Source: an uncultured Desulfospira sp.
Lineage (GTDB): Bacteria > Desulfobacterota > Desulfobacteria > Desulfobacterales > Desulfobacteraceae
Direction: 5' to 3'
Assembly: GCA_963663165.1 (NCBI GenBank)
Contig: OY760175.1
Location: 2,816,001 to 2,880,000, forward strand
DNA length: 64,000 bases
Both the position numbers and the translations under genes were made by a program. Under the pieces are notes generated by a model. That model saw only the letters and a program-made list of their open reading frames with translations, had not been told where the DNA came from and ran no database searches. Shown in pieces: positions 52,959 to 63,901 of the stretch. Numbering within the stretch: the first letter of the stretch is position 1; each line of letters starts with the position of its first letter.

Positions 52959-55900
52959 ATGGGGTTGGACAATGCCTGTGACATGACAAGTACTGACAGG
53001 TACCGGGCATTGAGAAGTGATAAACCTTATCAGGACACCTGCTGTCTTTCAGATTATATCCGGGATAGAAAATCGGGACTCAAAGATGCACTTAAACTTG
53101 CTGAAAACATTGCATCCTCCTTCATAAAACTGCACCAGACCGGTGCCTTTCACGGCTGCCTTTCCCCCGGGAATATTATTGTTTCTTTGAACGGGTACAC
53201 GATTGATCCGGCCGGGTTTGACATCGTTCACCCGGGACAGGCCTTCCGGGATACAGGCGCGGACCTGTCAACACTGGATTCCGGAACCCTTGCCTATATT
53301 GCCCCGGAACTTACCGGCCGGCTCGACTGCCCGGCTGATTCTAAAAGTGACCTGTATTCCCTGGGAATTATTCTGTTTCAACTGATTTTCGGCAGGGTTC
53401 CGTTTGATTTCAAGGATCCGTCAAGGGTCATCCATGCCCACCTGGCCAGGGACCCCTTTGCCGGGGTGGATCCCGGGCCCGATATCCCTTCCGTGGTTGT
53501 AAGAATTATAAAAAAGCTGCTGTCAAAAGATCCCATGAACCGGTATTCAAATGCGGCAGGGCTTAAAGCCGATCTTGAAAATTGCCTGGCACAGTTGGTC
53601 ACCTGCGGTGCCATTGATGATTTTATACTGGACCAGGCAGGAAAGGCCCCGGTGATCCGGCCGGACCAGAACTTTTACGGCCGCAGGGAAGAGTTAAGGA
53701 CGCTTGAGACCCTCTTTGACAAAAAATCATCCCACCATACGGATATGGTCCTGGTAAAGGGGGTGTCCGGGATCGGGAAGACATCTTTGGTCACAAAGTT
53801 CTGTGACAGGATAAAAGACAGACATAACGGCAGCGTCATGGCCATATCCGGAAAATATGACCAGGTCCGGCAGCACATTCCTTACCCGGCCCTGGCCCAG
53901 GCCTTGAAAGCCTTTGTCCGTCAATCCCTGGCCCAGGACAACCCGGTCCTTGACAGCCTTAAAGATGATATCTTAAAGGCAGTGGGCCAAAACGGCCAAC
54001 TCATGTCGGATATGATTCCGCAGCTTGAATGGATCATCGGCCCCCAGCCCGAAGTTCCGGATCTGGATATCATAGAGAGCCGGAACCGCTTCATCAATAC
54101 CTTTGTCCGGTTCCTGTCCGCCCTGGCCGATGGCGGCCGGCAGATCATTTTGTTTCTGGATGATCTGCAATGGGTTGATGCCCCATCCCTGCTTCTGTTA
54201 AAAAAAGTCCTTGGGACAGGCATACCCGGCCTGTTTATCGTGGGGGCCTATCGAAAGGAAGAGGTGGATGCCTTTCATATTCTCAAGGGTTTTATCAAAG
54301 AGGCTGCAGAATCAGGAGCCTCACTGAACAGCATTTTTTTAGGCCCCCTGGACAAAGAGACTGTCACCCGGATGGTCGCGGGTTCCTCAAATACCGGCAT
54401 GGCCGCAGCCGCAGTTGTGGCTGAAACCCTTCGGGATCAATCCTGCGGCAACCCGTTTTACATCAAGGAATATATTCGCTCCCTGCTTTATTTGAACCAC
54501 CTGAAATATGATATAAACCGAAACATCTGGGCGTGGGACATCAAAGGGATTAAAGAACTTGGGCAAACCACGTCCTTAAAGGAACTGACACGCAACAGAA
54601 TAAAAGGCCTGGATACACCCCTTGCCGACATCCTTAAAAAAGCGGCCTGTCTAGGCAGTACCTTTGACCGCGAAGATCTTGCTCTGGTATGCGATGTCCT
54701 TTCCCCTGGGATCGATACTATTCTCAATAAGGCAATGCAACATGAACTGATTGCTGTGGCCCAGGCGGATCAAAAAGGCAAACCACAACGTTTTCAATTT
54801 GTTCATGACGATATCCAGCTTGTTTTTTACCACCTGATCCCCGAAAAAAAAAGAGCGGCGGAACATTACAGGATCGGTAAAATGCTTCACAGCGCCATTG
54901 ACACCGGGATAAAAGATACAAGATTCATGGATGCCGTGGCCCAGATGAACCTTGGCAAAGGTATCGTAAGCAGGACCAGGGAAAAACTGTCCCTTGCAAA
55001 AATAAACCTTGCAGCCGCCCGCACAGCCAAAAAAACAGCCGCTTATCACACCGCCCTTTCCTATGCCGCCACAGGAATCGATCTTGTGGGGGACAGGGCC
55101 TGGCAGGACCATTATAACTTAACCCTGCTCCTTCATAACGAGGCTGTTCAGACCGCATTTTTATGCCTCAAATTTGATCTGGCCCAAAAGCTGGCAGACC
55201 AGGTAACCTGCCATGCCCGAAATTCCCTGGACAAAATGAAGGTTTATGAGATCCGGTTGCTGTTACGCATGGCGGAAAATGCCATCCCCAAGGCACTGGC
55301 CACTGTCCTTGACGCCCTGGGCCAACTGGGTGAAAAACTGCCGGCAAAACCCCATGCAGGACATGTCCTTGCGGCCTATCTAAAAACCAGGGCCGGTATG
55401 ATTAAAAGGCCCCCGGCATTTCTTGAGCATCTCCCGGCCATGGCGGACCCAAGGGCAATGGCCGCGATCCGGCTTTATGCCCAGGGCATAACAACCACCT
55501 ATGTGGCAGCCCCCATGCTTACGCCGGTGTTTGTGTTCAACGAGTTTGCCCTGATTTTGAAATACGGGAACCCGCCCCTGGCCCCTTTTATCTACGCCAT
55601 GTACGGTATGATGCTCTGTTGTGTTATTCATAATGTACCCGCAGGCTTATCATATGCCCGGATTGCTGAAAACCTGTTAAAAAAAGATGAATTCAAGGCC
55701 CAGGCCGCCAGAACCCGGCTTATACTCAACTGCTATGTCAATCCCTGGCAGCATCATCCCAAAAATGATCTGGCCCAGTTAAAACAGGGCCTGGATTCAG
55801 GCCTTGCTGCGGGAGATTTTGAATTTGCCGCTTTTTCCATCCACATGTATTGCGGCCACAGTTTTTACTGCGGAAATCCTTTGCAGCAAATAGAACCGGA

Positions 55901-57947
55901 ACTGCGCCGGGGCAGCCGGGAGATCCGGGTGCTGCAGCATGGCACCATTATCATCGCCAACACCATTTTTCACCAGACCGTATTAAATCTTTTAGGGGAG
56001 TCAGATGATCCCTGCCGCCTTGAAGGTGAAGTTTACAGCGAAAAAGAGATGATGCCGCGCCATCAGAAAAAAAACCATAAAAATGCATTGTGCATTGCAT
56101 GCCTTAATAAACTGCGGCTTTGTTATCTGTTTTACCGGTTTGAAGACGCCCTGGAATGGGCACGCCTGACACAGGAAAATCTCGACGCCGTCATGGGGTC
56201 GCTGCTGGTTCCCTGGTTTTATTTTTATGACGCCCTGGCCCATCTGGCCGTTTATGAAAAGGCGGGTAAAAAGAGGCAGAAACAAATCCTGTCCAGAATT
56301 TCGGCAAGCCTGAAAAAAATGAAAAAATGGGCAACCATAGTCCCTGTCAACCACCAGCATACCTATTTGCTTGTCAAGGCGGAAAAGGCACGGATTAAAG
56401 GAGAAAGCACCCGGGCAACCGATTTTTACAACCAGGCTGTTGATGCCGCCAAAAGACACGGTTATATCCACGAAGAAGCGCTTGCCTGGGAGCTTGCCGC
56501 AAAATTTTACGATGGACAGGACCGGCCGGCCCTTGCTGCCGTCTACCTGACCCGGGCCCTTGCCTGTTATGAAAAATGGGGTGCAAGGGCCAAAATTGAC
56601 CACCTTAAAAAATGCTGTTCCCAGATTTTAACCCATGCCGGTCTGCATCTTTGTTCCCTTAATCCATACGGTGCCTGCCCGGGCAGTTCCCTGGATCTTG
56701 CCGCTTTGACCAGGGCATCCGAAGCCATTGCAAAACAAACCCATATTCCAAGGCTCATGGACAAGCTCATGTCCATTGTCCTGGAAAATGCCGGTGCAAG
56801 AAAAGGGGTTCTGATTTTTAAAACCAACGGGGTCTGGCAGGCAGAAGCCCGGGTGGAAGTGGAAGAGAGCAAAAAATTCAAGCCGCGAAAGCTTTCTGAA
56901 TGCACGGACCTGCCCCATATCGTCATCCGTCATGCCCTGCGGACCGGGCGGGATATTGTGCTGCCCCATGCCGCAGCAGATCCCCGGTATGAACAGGACC
57001 CTTATGTGAGAAATGAAAAATTAAAATCCGCCCTGGGCATCCCCATTTTTCACCAGGGAGAGACACACGGGGTTCTGTATCTTGAAAACAACAGCATGAC
57101 GGCGGTATTTACCCCGGAAAAAATTGAGGTACTCAAAAGCGTTGCAAGGATACTGGCCAATGCCAGGGCAAGGAATCTGGCAGAGGAAAAGATCATTGAT
57201 TACCAGGACCGGCTTCGCTTTCTGTCCTCCCAGCTGCTCCTGGTGGAGGAAAAAGAGCGGCGCCGCATGGCCGTGGCCCTGCACGACACTGTCGGCCATG
57301 GCCTTTCCGGCATTGCCGTGGAATTTGAAAAACTTAAAAAAGAGAGCCCCCGGCCGGACCCTGCACGCTTCAACATGATCCAATCCATTATAGATGAATC
57401 CGTTAAAGCCACCCGCACCCTGGCCTTTGAGCTCAGCCCCCCGGTGCTCTACGACTTGGGACTTGGCGCCGCCCTTGACTGGCTGGCTGAAAAAACCCAA
57501 GCACAGCATGGCGTCCAGGTCCGGTTCATTGATCTTGGCGCAACTGCTGATATTGATCAATCAAGTGCGGTGCTGGTTTTTCAGTCTGTGCGGGAACTTG
57601 TTTTTAACATGGTAAAACATGCCCGCGCGGACAGGGCTGAAATTTTTATGAAAACAGAAAAATTGGACCTGGTGGTGGTTGTCAATGACAACGGCAAAGG
57701 GTTTGATCCGTCCCGCATTAAACCCTGCGGCCATGCAAGAGGTGGGTTTGGCTTGTTTTCCATCCAGGAGAGACTGGGCAGCCGGGGCGGGTATATGCAG
57801 ATTGATTCCGTCGCCGGCAAAGGAACCCGGATCACCCTGGTGCATCCCCTTGAACAGTTGCCGGCCCGGGAAAACAGCCGGCCGGCGAACCGGCAAATAC
57901 GATGTAAGGAACGCAAAAATGACCATAAAGATAGTATTGGCAGATGA
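52959..57947 (+). CDS. Degenerate Ser/Thr kinase-AAA ATPase-GAF-HisKA_3 histidine kinase
   Basis: LAYIAPE and SDLYSLG; GVSGIGKT; LDDLQWVD; GNPFY; GAF (GVLYLEN); ERRRMAVALHD; DNGKGFD; GFGL. Confidence 0.92.
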   Translation: MGLDNACDMTSTDRYRALRSDKPYQDTCCLSDYIRDRKSGLKDALKLAENIASSFIKLHQTGAFHGCLSPGNIIVSLNGYTIDPAGFDIVHPGQAFRDTGADLSTLDSGTLAYIAPELTGRLDCPADSKSDLYSLGIILFQLIFGRVPFDFKDPSRVIHAHLARDPFAGVDPGPDIPSVVVRIIKKLLSKDPMNRYSNAAGLKADLENCLAQLVTCGAIDDFILDQAGKAPVIRPDQNFYGRREELRTLETLFDKKSSHHTDMVLVKGVSGIGKTSLVTKFCDRIKDRHNGSVMAISGKYDQVRQHIPYPALAQALKAFVRQSLAQDNPVLDSLKDDILKAVGQNGQLMSDMIPQLEWIIGPQPEVPDLDIIESRNRFINTFVRFLSALADGGRQIILFLDDLQWVDAPSLLLLKKVLGTGIPGLFIVGAYRKEEVDAFHILKGFIKEAAESGASLNSIFLGPLDKETVTRMVAGSSNTGMAAAAVVAETLRDQSCGNPFYIKEYIRSLLYLNHLKYDINRNIWAWDIKGIKELGQTTSLKELTRNRIKGLDTPLADILKKAACLGSTFDREDLALVCDVLSPGIDTILNKAMQHELIAVAQADQKGKPQRFQFVHDDIQLVFYHLIPEKKRAAEHYRIGKMLHSAIDTGIKDTRFMDAVAQMNLGKGIVSRTREKLSLAKINLAAARTAKKTAAYHTALSYAATGIDLVGDRAWQDHYNLTLLLHNEAVQTAFLCLKFDLAQKLADQVTCHARNSLDKMKVYEIRLLLRMAENAIPKALATVLDALGQLGEKLPAKPHAGHVLAAYLKTRAGMIKRPPAFLEHLPAMADPRAMAAIRLYAQGITTTYVAAPMLTPVFVFNEFALILKYGNPPLAPFIYAMYGMMLCCVIHNVPAGLSYARIAENLLKKDEFKAQAARTRLILNCYVNPWQHHPKNDLAQLKQGLDSGLAAGDFEFAAFSIHMYCGHSFYCGNPLQQIEPELRRGSREIRVLQHGTIIIANTIFHQTVLNLLGESDDPCRLEGEVYSEKEMMPRHQKKNHKNALCIACLNKLRLCYLFYRFEDALEWARLTQENLDAVMGSLLVPWFYFYDALAHLAVYEKAGKKRQKQILSRISASLKKMKKWATIVPVNHQHTYLLVKAEKARIKGESTRATDFYNQAVDAAKRHGYIHEEALAWELAAKFYDGQDRPALAAVYLTRALACYEKWGARAKIDHLKKCCSQILTHAGLHLCSLNPYGACPGSSLDLAALTRASEAIAKQTHIPRLMDKLMSIVLENAGARKGVLIFKTNGVWQAEARVEVEESKKFKPRKLSECTDLPHIVIRHALRTGRDIVLPHAAADPRYEQDPYVRNEKLKSALGIPIFHQGETHGVLYLENNSMTAVFTPEKIEVLKSVARILANARARNLAEEKIIDYQDRLRFLSSQLLLVEEKERRRMAVALHDTVGHGLSGIAVEFEKLKKESPRPDPARFNMIQSIIDESVKATRTLAFELSPPVLYDLGLGAALDWLAEKTQAQHGVQVRFIDLGATADIDQSSAVLVFQSVRELVFNMVKHARADRAEIFMKTEKLDLVVVVNDNGKGFDPSRIKPCGHARGGFGLFSIQERLGSRGGYMQIDSVAGKGTRITLVHPLEQLPARENSRPANRQIRCKERKNDHKDSIGR

Positions 57948-58569
57948 TCATGCCATTACCCGGGAAGGCATCAAATCCCTGATCCGGGAAGAGAAAAACA
58001 TGGTAATAGCGGGCGAGGCGGACAATGGCAGGGCTGCTGTTGAAAAGACCCTGGAACTTGTTCCGGATATCGTCATCATGGACATCAATATGCCCGGCCT
58101 TAACGGGATCGAGGCCACCCGGCGGATTCTTGGCCGTTTTCCCCGGATAAAGGTAATTGCCCTGTCCATGTTTTCCGAACGCAGGTATGTCATGGGCATG
58201 CTCAAGGCCGGAGTGGCTGGCTATCTGCTGAAAAACTGCGCATCTGAGGAACTGACCGACGCCGTTAACACCGTTTTCAACGGCAGCCGCTATTTAAGCC
58301 GGCAGATCACCGACATGGTCATGGATGATTTTGTAGCCGGCCGTTCTTTAGAGCAGGATGTTTCCAGCAAAATCCTGAGTTCAAGGGAGCGAGAAATACT
58401 TCAGCTTACCGCTGAAGGCTTTACCTGTCTTCAGATTGCCGCCCGTCTCCATATCAGTGAAAAGACCGTGTCCACCCACAGAAGAAGGGTGATGGACAAG
58501 CTTAATATCCATTCCATTGCAGGGCTGACCAAGTTCGCCCGTCAGGGAAGGATTGACCTTTCTGGATGA
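57919..58569 (+). CDS. NarL/LuxR-family response regulator
   Basis: LADDH, MDINMP, GYLLK, LSSREREIL HTH; start set at ATG 57919 behind AAGGA. Confidence 0.93.
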   Translation: MTIKIVLADDHAITREGIKSLIREEKNMVIAGEADNGRAAVEKTLELVPDIVIMDINMPGLNGIEATRRILGRFPRIKVIALSMFSERRYVMGMLKAGVAGYLLKNCASEELTDAVNTVFNGSRYLSRQITDMVMDDFVAGRSLEQDVSSKILSSREREILQLTAEGFTCLQIAARLHISEKTVSTHRRRVMDKLNIHSIAGLTKFARQGRIDLSG

Positions 58570-58586
58570 TTAAGAAGCCGTAAATC

Positions 58587-61500
58587 ATGTCAACCCAATA
58601 TCATACAAATCAAATCTGCAGCACAATTGATGATTTTTTGCCGGATCAGGCCGGGGAAAACCCCTGGTTCAGGCTAAAGGACAGGTTTTACGGCCGGGAC
58701 AGGGAATTGTCCCGGCTGCACCGGTTTTTTCTGAAAAACGGCAACGCATGCGGACTTGCACTGGTATCCGGCGTGTCGGGGATTGGGAAAACAGCCTTTG
58801 TCCGGGCTTTTTGCCAAGGGATTAATAAAGCGGGGAACCCTGTGGTTCCAATCATCTGCGGAAAATACGACCAGGTCCGCCAGGATATCCCTTATTCCGC
58901 CCTGGCAGACGCATTAAGGCAATTTGTACACCAGTCCATGGCCCAAAGCGACCCGGTGTTTAAAGCGTTGCAGGATAATATTAAAAAAGCCCTGGGCGGC
59001 AACGGGCGGCTTATGACCGACATGATCCCGGAACTGGAATGGATCATCGGCCCCCAGCCCAGGGTATCTGAATTGAATATTCTTGAGACCCGGAACCGGT
59101 TTATTGCAACATTTATCCGGTTTCTCAGGGCTGTTTGCAAAAAAACAGGAAAAGTTTTTCTTTTTCTGGATGATCTGCAATGGATTGATGCAGGCTCCCT
59201 TACCCTGCTGGAGGCTGTCCTTGAACAGGGCATTCCCGGTTTTTTTATTATCGGCGCCTTTCGAAGGGAAGAGGTCGATTCCTCGCACAGGCTTTACAAG
59301 GTGATTGATGCCGTCCACGGCACCGGCATACCGGTTGAAAAGATTTCCATTGGCCCCTTAAGCCAGGCTGCCATCACCCGGATGCTTGCCGGGTCCTCGA
59401 ATACCGGCGTGGCCGCTGCCGGCCCCCTGGCGGAAATCATCAGGGACAGATCCTGCGGCAACCCGTTTTTCATCAAAGAATATGTCCGGTCCCTGTTTCA
59501 TTTTAACTACCTGAAATATGATCTGGCCCGTAACAACTGGGAATGGGATATCCGGCGGATCAAAGAGATGAATACAAGGACCTCCATGCAGGAACTGACC
59601 CGGACCAGGATTTTGGCTTTAGATCCTTCTCTTACAGGAATTCTTGAAAAAGCCGCCTGCCTGGGCAATGCATTTGACTGCCGCGATCTTGCCCTTGCCT
59701 GCGATCTGCCCCTGTCCGTGATTAATGCCTCACTGAAACAGGCGGTCCTTCATGAACTCATTGTAGCGGATAAAAAAAATGACGGGAAAGACGGTGCTCC
59801 TCACCCTGGCACCTATGGGTTCAAATTTGTTCATGACGGGATTCAACTGTGTTTCTATGATCTGATTCCCGGGGAGAAAAGAGCGGCAGAACACTACCGG
59901 ATCGGAAAAAAACTTTACAATACCGTGCAGACAAAGAAAAAAGACGGCAGGCTCATGGATGCCGCAGGCCAGATGAATCTTGGTAAAAGCGCCGTTACAG
60001 ACAAAAAGGAACAACATGCGCTTGCAAAAATAAACCTGGCTGCTGCCCGGGAAGCAAGGACTGCCGCTGCCTACCATACCGCCCTTTCATACGCCGCCAC
60101 AGGGATCAGCCTTTTGGGGGACACGGCATGGCAGACCCGCTATGACTTAACCCTGGCCCTTTACAACGAAATCGTCGAGGTCTGTTTTCTGTGCCTGAAA
60201 TTTAATGAGGTGGAAGATTACGGTAAAAAGATACTGGATCACGCCCGGACGCCCCTGGACAAAATGAAGGCCTATGAAATCTTTATTATCATGCTTGGCT
60301 CACGCAAAATATTTAACAGGGCCATTGAAACCGGTATTGACGCCCTGGCGCAACTGGGTGAAAAACCACCTGTAACCCCACGTAAAGGACAGATCCTGGC
60401 CGCTTATTTAAGAACCAGGATCTCCATGTTCAACAGGCCGCCGGCCGTCCTTGAACACCTCCCGCCCATGGAAGATCCAAGGGCCCTGGCAGCCATCCGG
60501 ATCTATTCACAGTCAGCCACGGTTGCCTTTGCCGCAGCCCCCATGCTTGTCCCCCTGTATATGCTTCACTGTTTTTTACTGACCCTGAAATACGGCAACC
60601 CGCCCTTTGCCCCTTTTGTCTATGCCATGTACAGCATGATCCTTTGCGGCATCACCGGGGATGTGCCCCTGGGGCTTGAGTATGCCCGCCTTGCCTTAAA
60701 GCTTCTGGAAAAAGATGAATTTAAAAGCCTGGCCGTAAAAACCCGGCTGATCATCAACTGTTATGCAACCCAGTGGCAGCACCACCCGAAAAATGATCTG
60801 GACCAGATGAAACAAGGCCTTGAACTCGGACTTGCCGACGGCGACTTTGAGTATGCCGCGTTCTCCATCCATATGTACAACGGCCACCGTTTTTACTGCG
60901 GCCGGCCATTATCCGGACTGGACCTTGAAATGCGCCGGGGCAGCCAGGAGATCAGGACCCTGGGGCAGGATGCCATCCTCAACATAAACCTGATCTTTCA
61001 CCAGGCGGTATTGAACCTTCTGGGCAGATCCGCAGATCCCTGCTGCCTTGAAGGAGAGGTTTACAGCGAAAAAAAGATGTTCCCCCAGTATGTGGAGACG
61101 GGCAACACCAATGCCCTTTGCATCGCCAATCTCAACAAGATGCTGCTGTGCTGTCTGTTTTACCGGTTTGAAGATGCCCGAAAATGTGCCGGAAGGACAG
61201 AGGCGAACCTGGACTCGGTCACTGGGCTGAGCCTGGTGCCCTGGTTTTATTTTTATGATGCCCTGGTTCATCTTGCGGCTTATGAGAATGCGGACCCCAA
61301 AAGCCGGAAGAAATTTTTATCCAGGATATCGGCCACCCGGAAAAGGCTGAAAAAATGGACAAAAATAATCCCGGTCAACTATGAGCACAGATATCTGCTG
61401 GTTGAAGCGGAAACGGCAAGGATCAAGGGCAAAAAAGACCTTGCAGCCGATCTTTACAACCGGGCCGCCGATGCGGCCCAAAAAAACGATTATATCCACG

Positions 61501-62906
61501 AAGAGGCCCTTGCCTGGGAGCTTGCCGCAAAATTTTACGATGAACAGGACCGGTCAACAATTGCTGCCGTCTACCTGGACAGGGCCCTTGCCTGCTATGA
61601 AAAATGGGGGGCTGTTGCCAAGATCGCCCACCTTGAAAAACACTTTTCCCATCTTTTAAGCAATAACGGCCGGCATCTTTGTTTCCACTCCCCCCCAGGT
61701 TTACAGAAAAGCGCTTCCATTGATCTTGCCGCCTTGACCAGGGCATCCGAGGCCATTGCAAAGGAGACCGTGATCATAAGGCTCATGGACAAACTCATGG
61801 CCATTGTACTGGAAAATGCCGGGGCCCAGAAAGGATCCCTGCTTTTTAAAACCAGCGGGATTTGGCAGGTAGAAGCCCGGGTGGATGTGGAAAAAGATAA
61901 AAGATTCAGGCCCGTGCCTCTGGAAGAATGCCCGGACCTTCCCCATGCCTTGATCCGATATGCCCGGCGCACCGGCCGGGACATTGTGCTCGCCCATGCA
62001 GCAGAAGACCCGGGATATGAATGGGACCCTTATGTACGAAAAGAAAAATTAAAATCCGCCCTGTGCATCCCCATTTCCCACCAGGAGAAAATAAGCGGGG
62101 TCCTGTATCTTGAGAACAACAATCTTACAGGCGTATTTACCCCTGAAAAAATTGAGGTACTCAAAAGCGTGGCACGGATTCTGGCCAATGCCCGGGCAAG
62201 GAACCTGGCAGAAGAAAAAATTATTGATTACCAGGACCAGCTTCGCTCCCTGTCTTCCCAGCTGCTCCTGGTGGAGGAAAAAGAGCGGCGCCGCATGGCC
62301 GTGGCCCTGCACGACACCATCGGGCACGGCCTGTCCAGCCTTGCCATGGCGTTTGAAAAACTCAAAAAACAGACCCGCAATCCCAACCAGGACCGGTTTG
62401 ACACGATCCGCTCCATTATCGATGAATCCATAAAAGCCACCCGGACCCTGACCTTTGAACTGAGCCCCCCGGTTCTCTATGACCTAGGCCTTGGAGCCGC
62501 CCTTGACTGGCTGGCCGAAAAAACCGAGGCACAGCACGGCATCCGGGTCAGGTTTATGGATATAGGAACAAGCGCGAACATTGATGAATCAAGCGCAGTA
62601 CTGATTTTTCAGTCAGTCCGGGAACTGCTTTTTAACATGGTTAAGCATGCCCATGCCATCAGGGCTGAAGTTCTAATGAAAACAGACGAATCAGACCTCA
62701 TGGTTGTTGTTAAAGACAACGGCAGGGGATTTGACCCCTCCGGTGCTGATTTGCAGGACCGGGCAAAAGGCGGGTTCGGCCTGTTTTCCATCCATGAGCG
62801 CCTGGGCAGCCGGGGCGGATATATGGAGATTGACTCGAACCCTGGCCGGGGAACAAAAATCACCCTGGTACTGCCTCTTGAAACCGCCCCGGAACCAGCA
62901 TCCTGA
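58587..62906 (+). CDS. AAA ATPase-GAF-HisKA_3 histidine kinase, paralog without the Ser/Thr kinase domain
   Basis: FYGRDRE, GVSGIGKT, LDDLQWID, GAF, ERRRMAVALHD; colinear with 52959-57947. Confidence 0.92.
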   Translation: MSTQYHTNQICSTIDDFLPDQAGENPWFRLKDRFYGRDRELSRLHRFFLKNGNACGLALVSGVSGIGKTAFVRAFCQGINKAGNPVVPIICGKYDQVRQDIPYSALADALRQFVHQSMAQSDPVFKALQDNIKKALGGNGRLMTDMIPELEWIIGPQPRVSELNILETRNRFIATFIRFLRAVCKKTGKVFLFLDDLQWIDAGSLTLLEAVLEQGIPGFFIIGAFRREEVDSSHRLYKVIDAVHGTGIPVEKISIGPLSQAAITRMLAGSSNTGVAAAGPLAEIIRDRSCGNPFFIKEYVRSLFHFNYLKYDLARNNWEWDIRRIKEMNTRTSMQELTRTRILALDPSLTGILEKAACLGNAFDCRDLALACDLPLSVINASLKQAVLHELIVADKKNDGKDGAPHPGTYGFKFVHDGIQLCFYDLIPGEKRAAEHYRIGKKLYNTVQTKKKDGRLMDAAGQMNLGKSAVTDKKEQHALAKINLAAAREARTAAAYHTALSYAATGISLLGDTAWQTRYDLTLALYNEIVEVCFLCLKFNEVEDYGKKILDHARTPLDKMKAYEIFIIMLGSRKIFNRAIETGIDALAQLGEKPPVTPRKGQILAAYLRTRISMFNRPPAVLEHLPPMEDPRALAAIRIYSQSATVAFAAAPMLVPLYMLHCFLLTLKYGNPPFAPFVYAMYSMILCGITGDVPLGLEYARLALKLLEKDEFKSLAVKTRLIINCYATQWQHHPKNDLDQMKQGLELGLADGDFEYAAFSIHMYNGHRFYCGRPLSGLDLEMRRGSQEIRTLGQDAILNINLIFHQAVLNLLGRSADPCCLEGEVYSEKKMFPQYVETGNTNALCIANLNKMLLCCLFYRFEDARKCAGRTEANLDSVTGLSLVPWFYFYDALVHLAAYENADPKSRKKFLSRISATRKRLKKWTKIIPVNYEHRYLLVEAETARIKGKKDLAADLYNRAADAAQKNDYIHEEALAWELAAKFYDEQDRSTIAAVYLDRALACYEKWGAVAKIAHLEKHFSHLLSNNGRHLCFHSPPGLQKSASIDLAALTRASEAIAKETVIIRLMDKLMAIVLENAGAQKGSLLFKTSGIWQVEARVDVEKDKRFRPVPLEECPDLPHALIRYARRTGRDIVLAHAAEDPGYEWDPYVRKEKLKSALCIPISHQEKISGVLYLENNNLTGVFTPEKIEVLKSVARILANARARNLAEEKIIDYQDQLRSLSSQLLLVEEKERRRMAVALHDTIGHGLSSLAMAFEKLKKQTRNPNQDRFDTIRSIIDESIKATRTLTFELSPPVLYDLGLGAALDWLAEKTEAQHGIRVRFMDIGTSANIDESSAVLIFQSVRELLFNMVKHAHAIRAEVLMKTDESDLMVVVKDNGRGFDPSGADLQDRAKGGFGLFSIHERLGSRGGYMEIDSNPGRGTKITLVLPLETAPEPAS

Positions 62907-62946
62907 CATCCTGATCCGAATATCCCATGATCCTCTTCAGGTATAT

Positions 62947-62983
62947 CTTCAGATTTCCTGAAGCGCGAAATCAGAATTTCTGA
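62947..62983. promoter_or_regulatory. Two TCAG-N5-CTGA boxes, candidate NarL/LuxR-type binding sites
   Basis: cttcagatttcctgaag and tcagaatttctga, 22 bp apart, upstream of 63111. Confidence 0.5.
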
Positions 62984-63110
62984 AGGTAAAATTCCGAATT
63001 CCCGAACCGCAAAATCTACCTTTCCCTGATTGTTTTTGCCCTGAATTAATGATTAATCTTGCCCTAAACAGCCATGTTCCGACAGACACAACAAAAAAGG
63101 AGAATTTAAG

Positions 63111-63845
63111 ATGAAAAAAAAGTTACTGGCAGGGTTTGTAGGGACATTTTTATTGTTTTGTATGTATAGTGCAGCACAAGCTGTCACAATTAATTTTACA
63201 GGTCATCTTAGTCGATTACAAAAAAGAACTCCTGAATCATGGACTTACGATTATATTGATCCTAATTTTGCAATAGGAGATACTTTTTCTGGTAGTTTTA
63301 TTTATAGTAAAATATGTCCGCCTGAGAATGTGTCGGAAGGCGCCACTGACTCGTATTCATATCGTGGAGTGATATCAGATTTCAGTTTGATGTTTAACAC
63401 AGGAAACAGCACCGGGTTCACACTCACCAACACCATTGATGCCAATGATGATGCCCGTATCAGCATAAGCAATGCCACAGCAGATCCTTGGCGGTATCAG
63501 GATATCACATCTACCGTTATCGATTTAACCCAGTCAGATCAATCATTGGGCCTGGATGTTATTAATATAATCTGGCGGTTATATGATGATGACGGTGACA
63601 TGTTTGACAACTCAACACTTAAGGATTTGGATTATGTAAGTGTTTTAGATAACATTGAACACCAAAGTAATGACATCCAATTTTATTTTAGTGATGGGTC
63701 CGGTGTATTGGATACACAATGGGTCTTTGATACAATATCTTTCGAATCGTCAACGGTCCCTATTCCCGGATCAGCCTGGCTACTGAGCACAGGCCTTTTT
63801 TGTCTTGTTGGGTTAACCAGAACCGCCTTTCACACAAATTTTTAA
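63111..63845 (+). CDS. VPLPA/PEP-CTERM-like surface protein
   Basis: Signal peptide; VPIPGSAWLLSTGLFCLVGL; AGGAG RBS; AT-rich. Confidence 0.85.
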   Translation: MKKKLLAGFVGTFLLFCMYSAAQAVTINFTGHLSRLQKRTPESWTYDYIDPNFAIGDTFSGSFIYSKICPPENVSEGATDSYSYRGVISDFSLMFNTGNSTGFTLTNTIDANDDARISISNATADPWRYQDITSTVIDLTQSDQSLGLDVINIIWRLYDDDGDMFDNSTLKDLDYVSVLDNIEHQSNDIQFYFSDGSGVLDTQWVFDTISFESSTVPIPGSAWLLSTGLFCLVGLTRTAFHTNF

Positions 63846-63901
63846 CGGTTGCAGGTGGCGGGTTGGGCCGACCCAATGAATTGAAATAAAAAGAAAGAAC
63901 A

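Noticed and set aside
57679..57918. N-terminal extension of the response regulator ORF
   Set aside because: Lies within the kinase gene; the receiver begins at MTIKIVLADD (57919)
546..62961. Many antisense or alternate-frame ORFs overlapping well-supported genes (e.g. 546-1238, 38409-39179, 56001-56603)
   Set aside because: Shadow frames expected from GC-rich codon usage; no motifs
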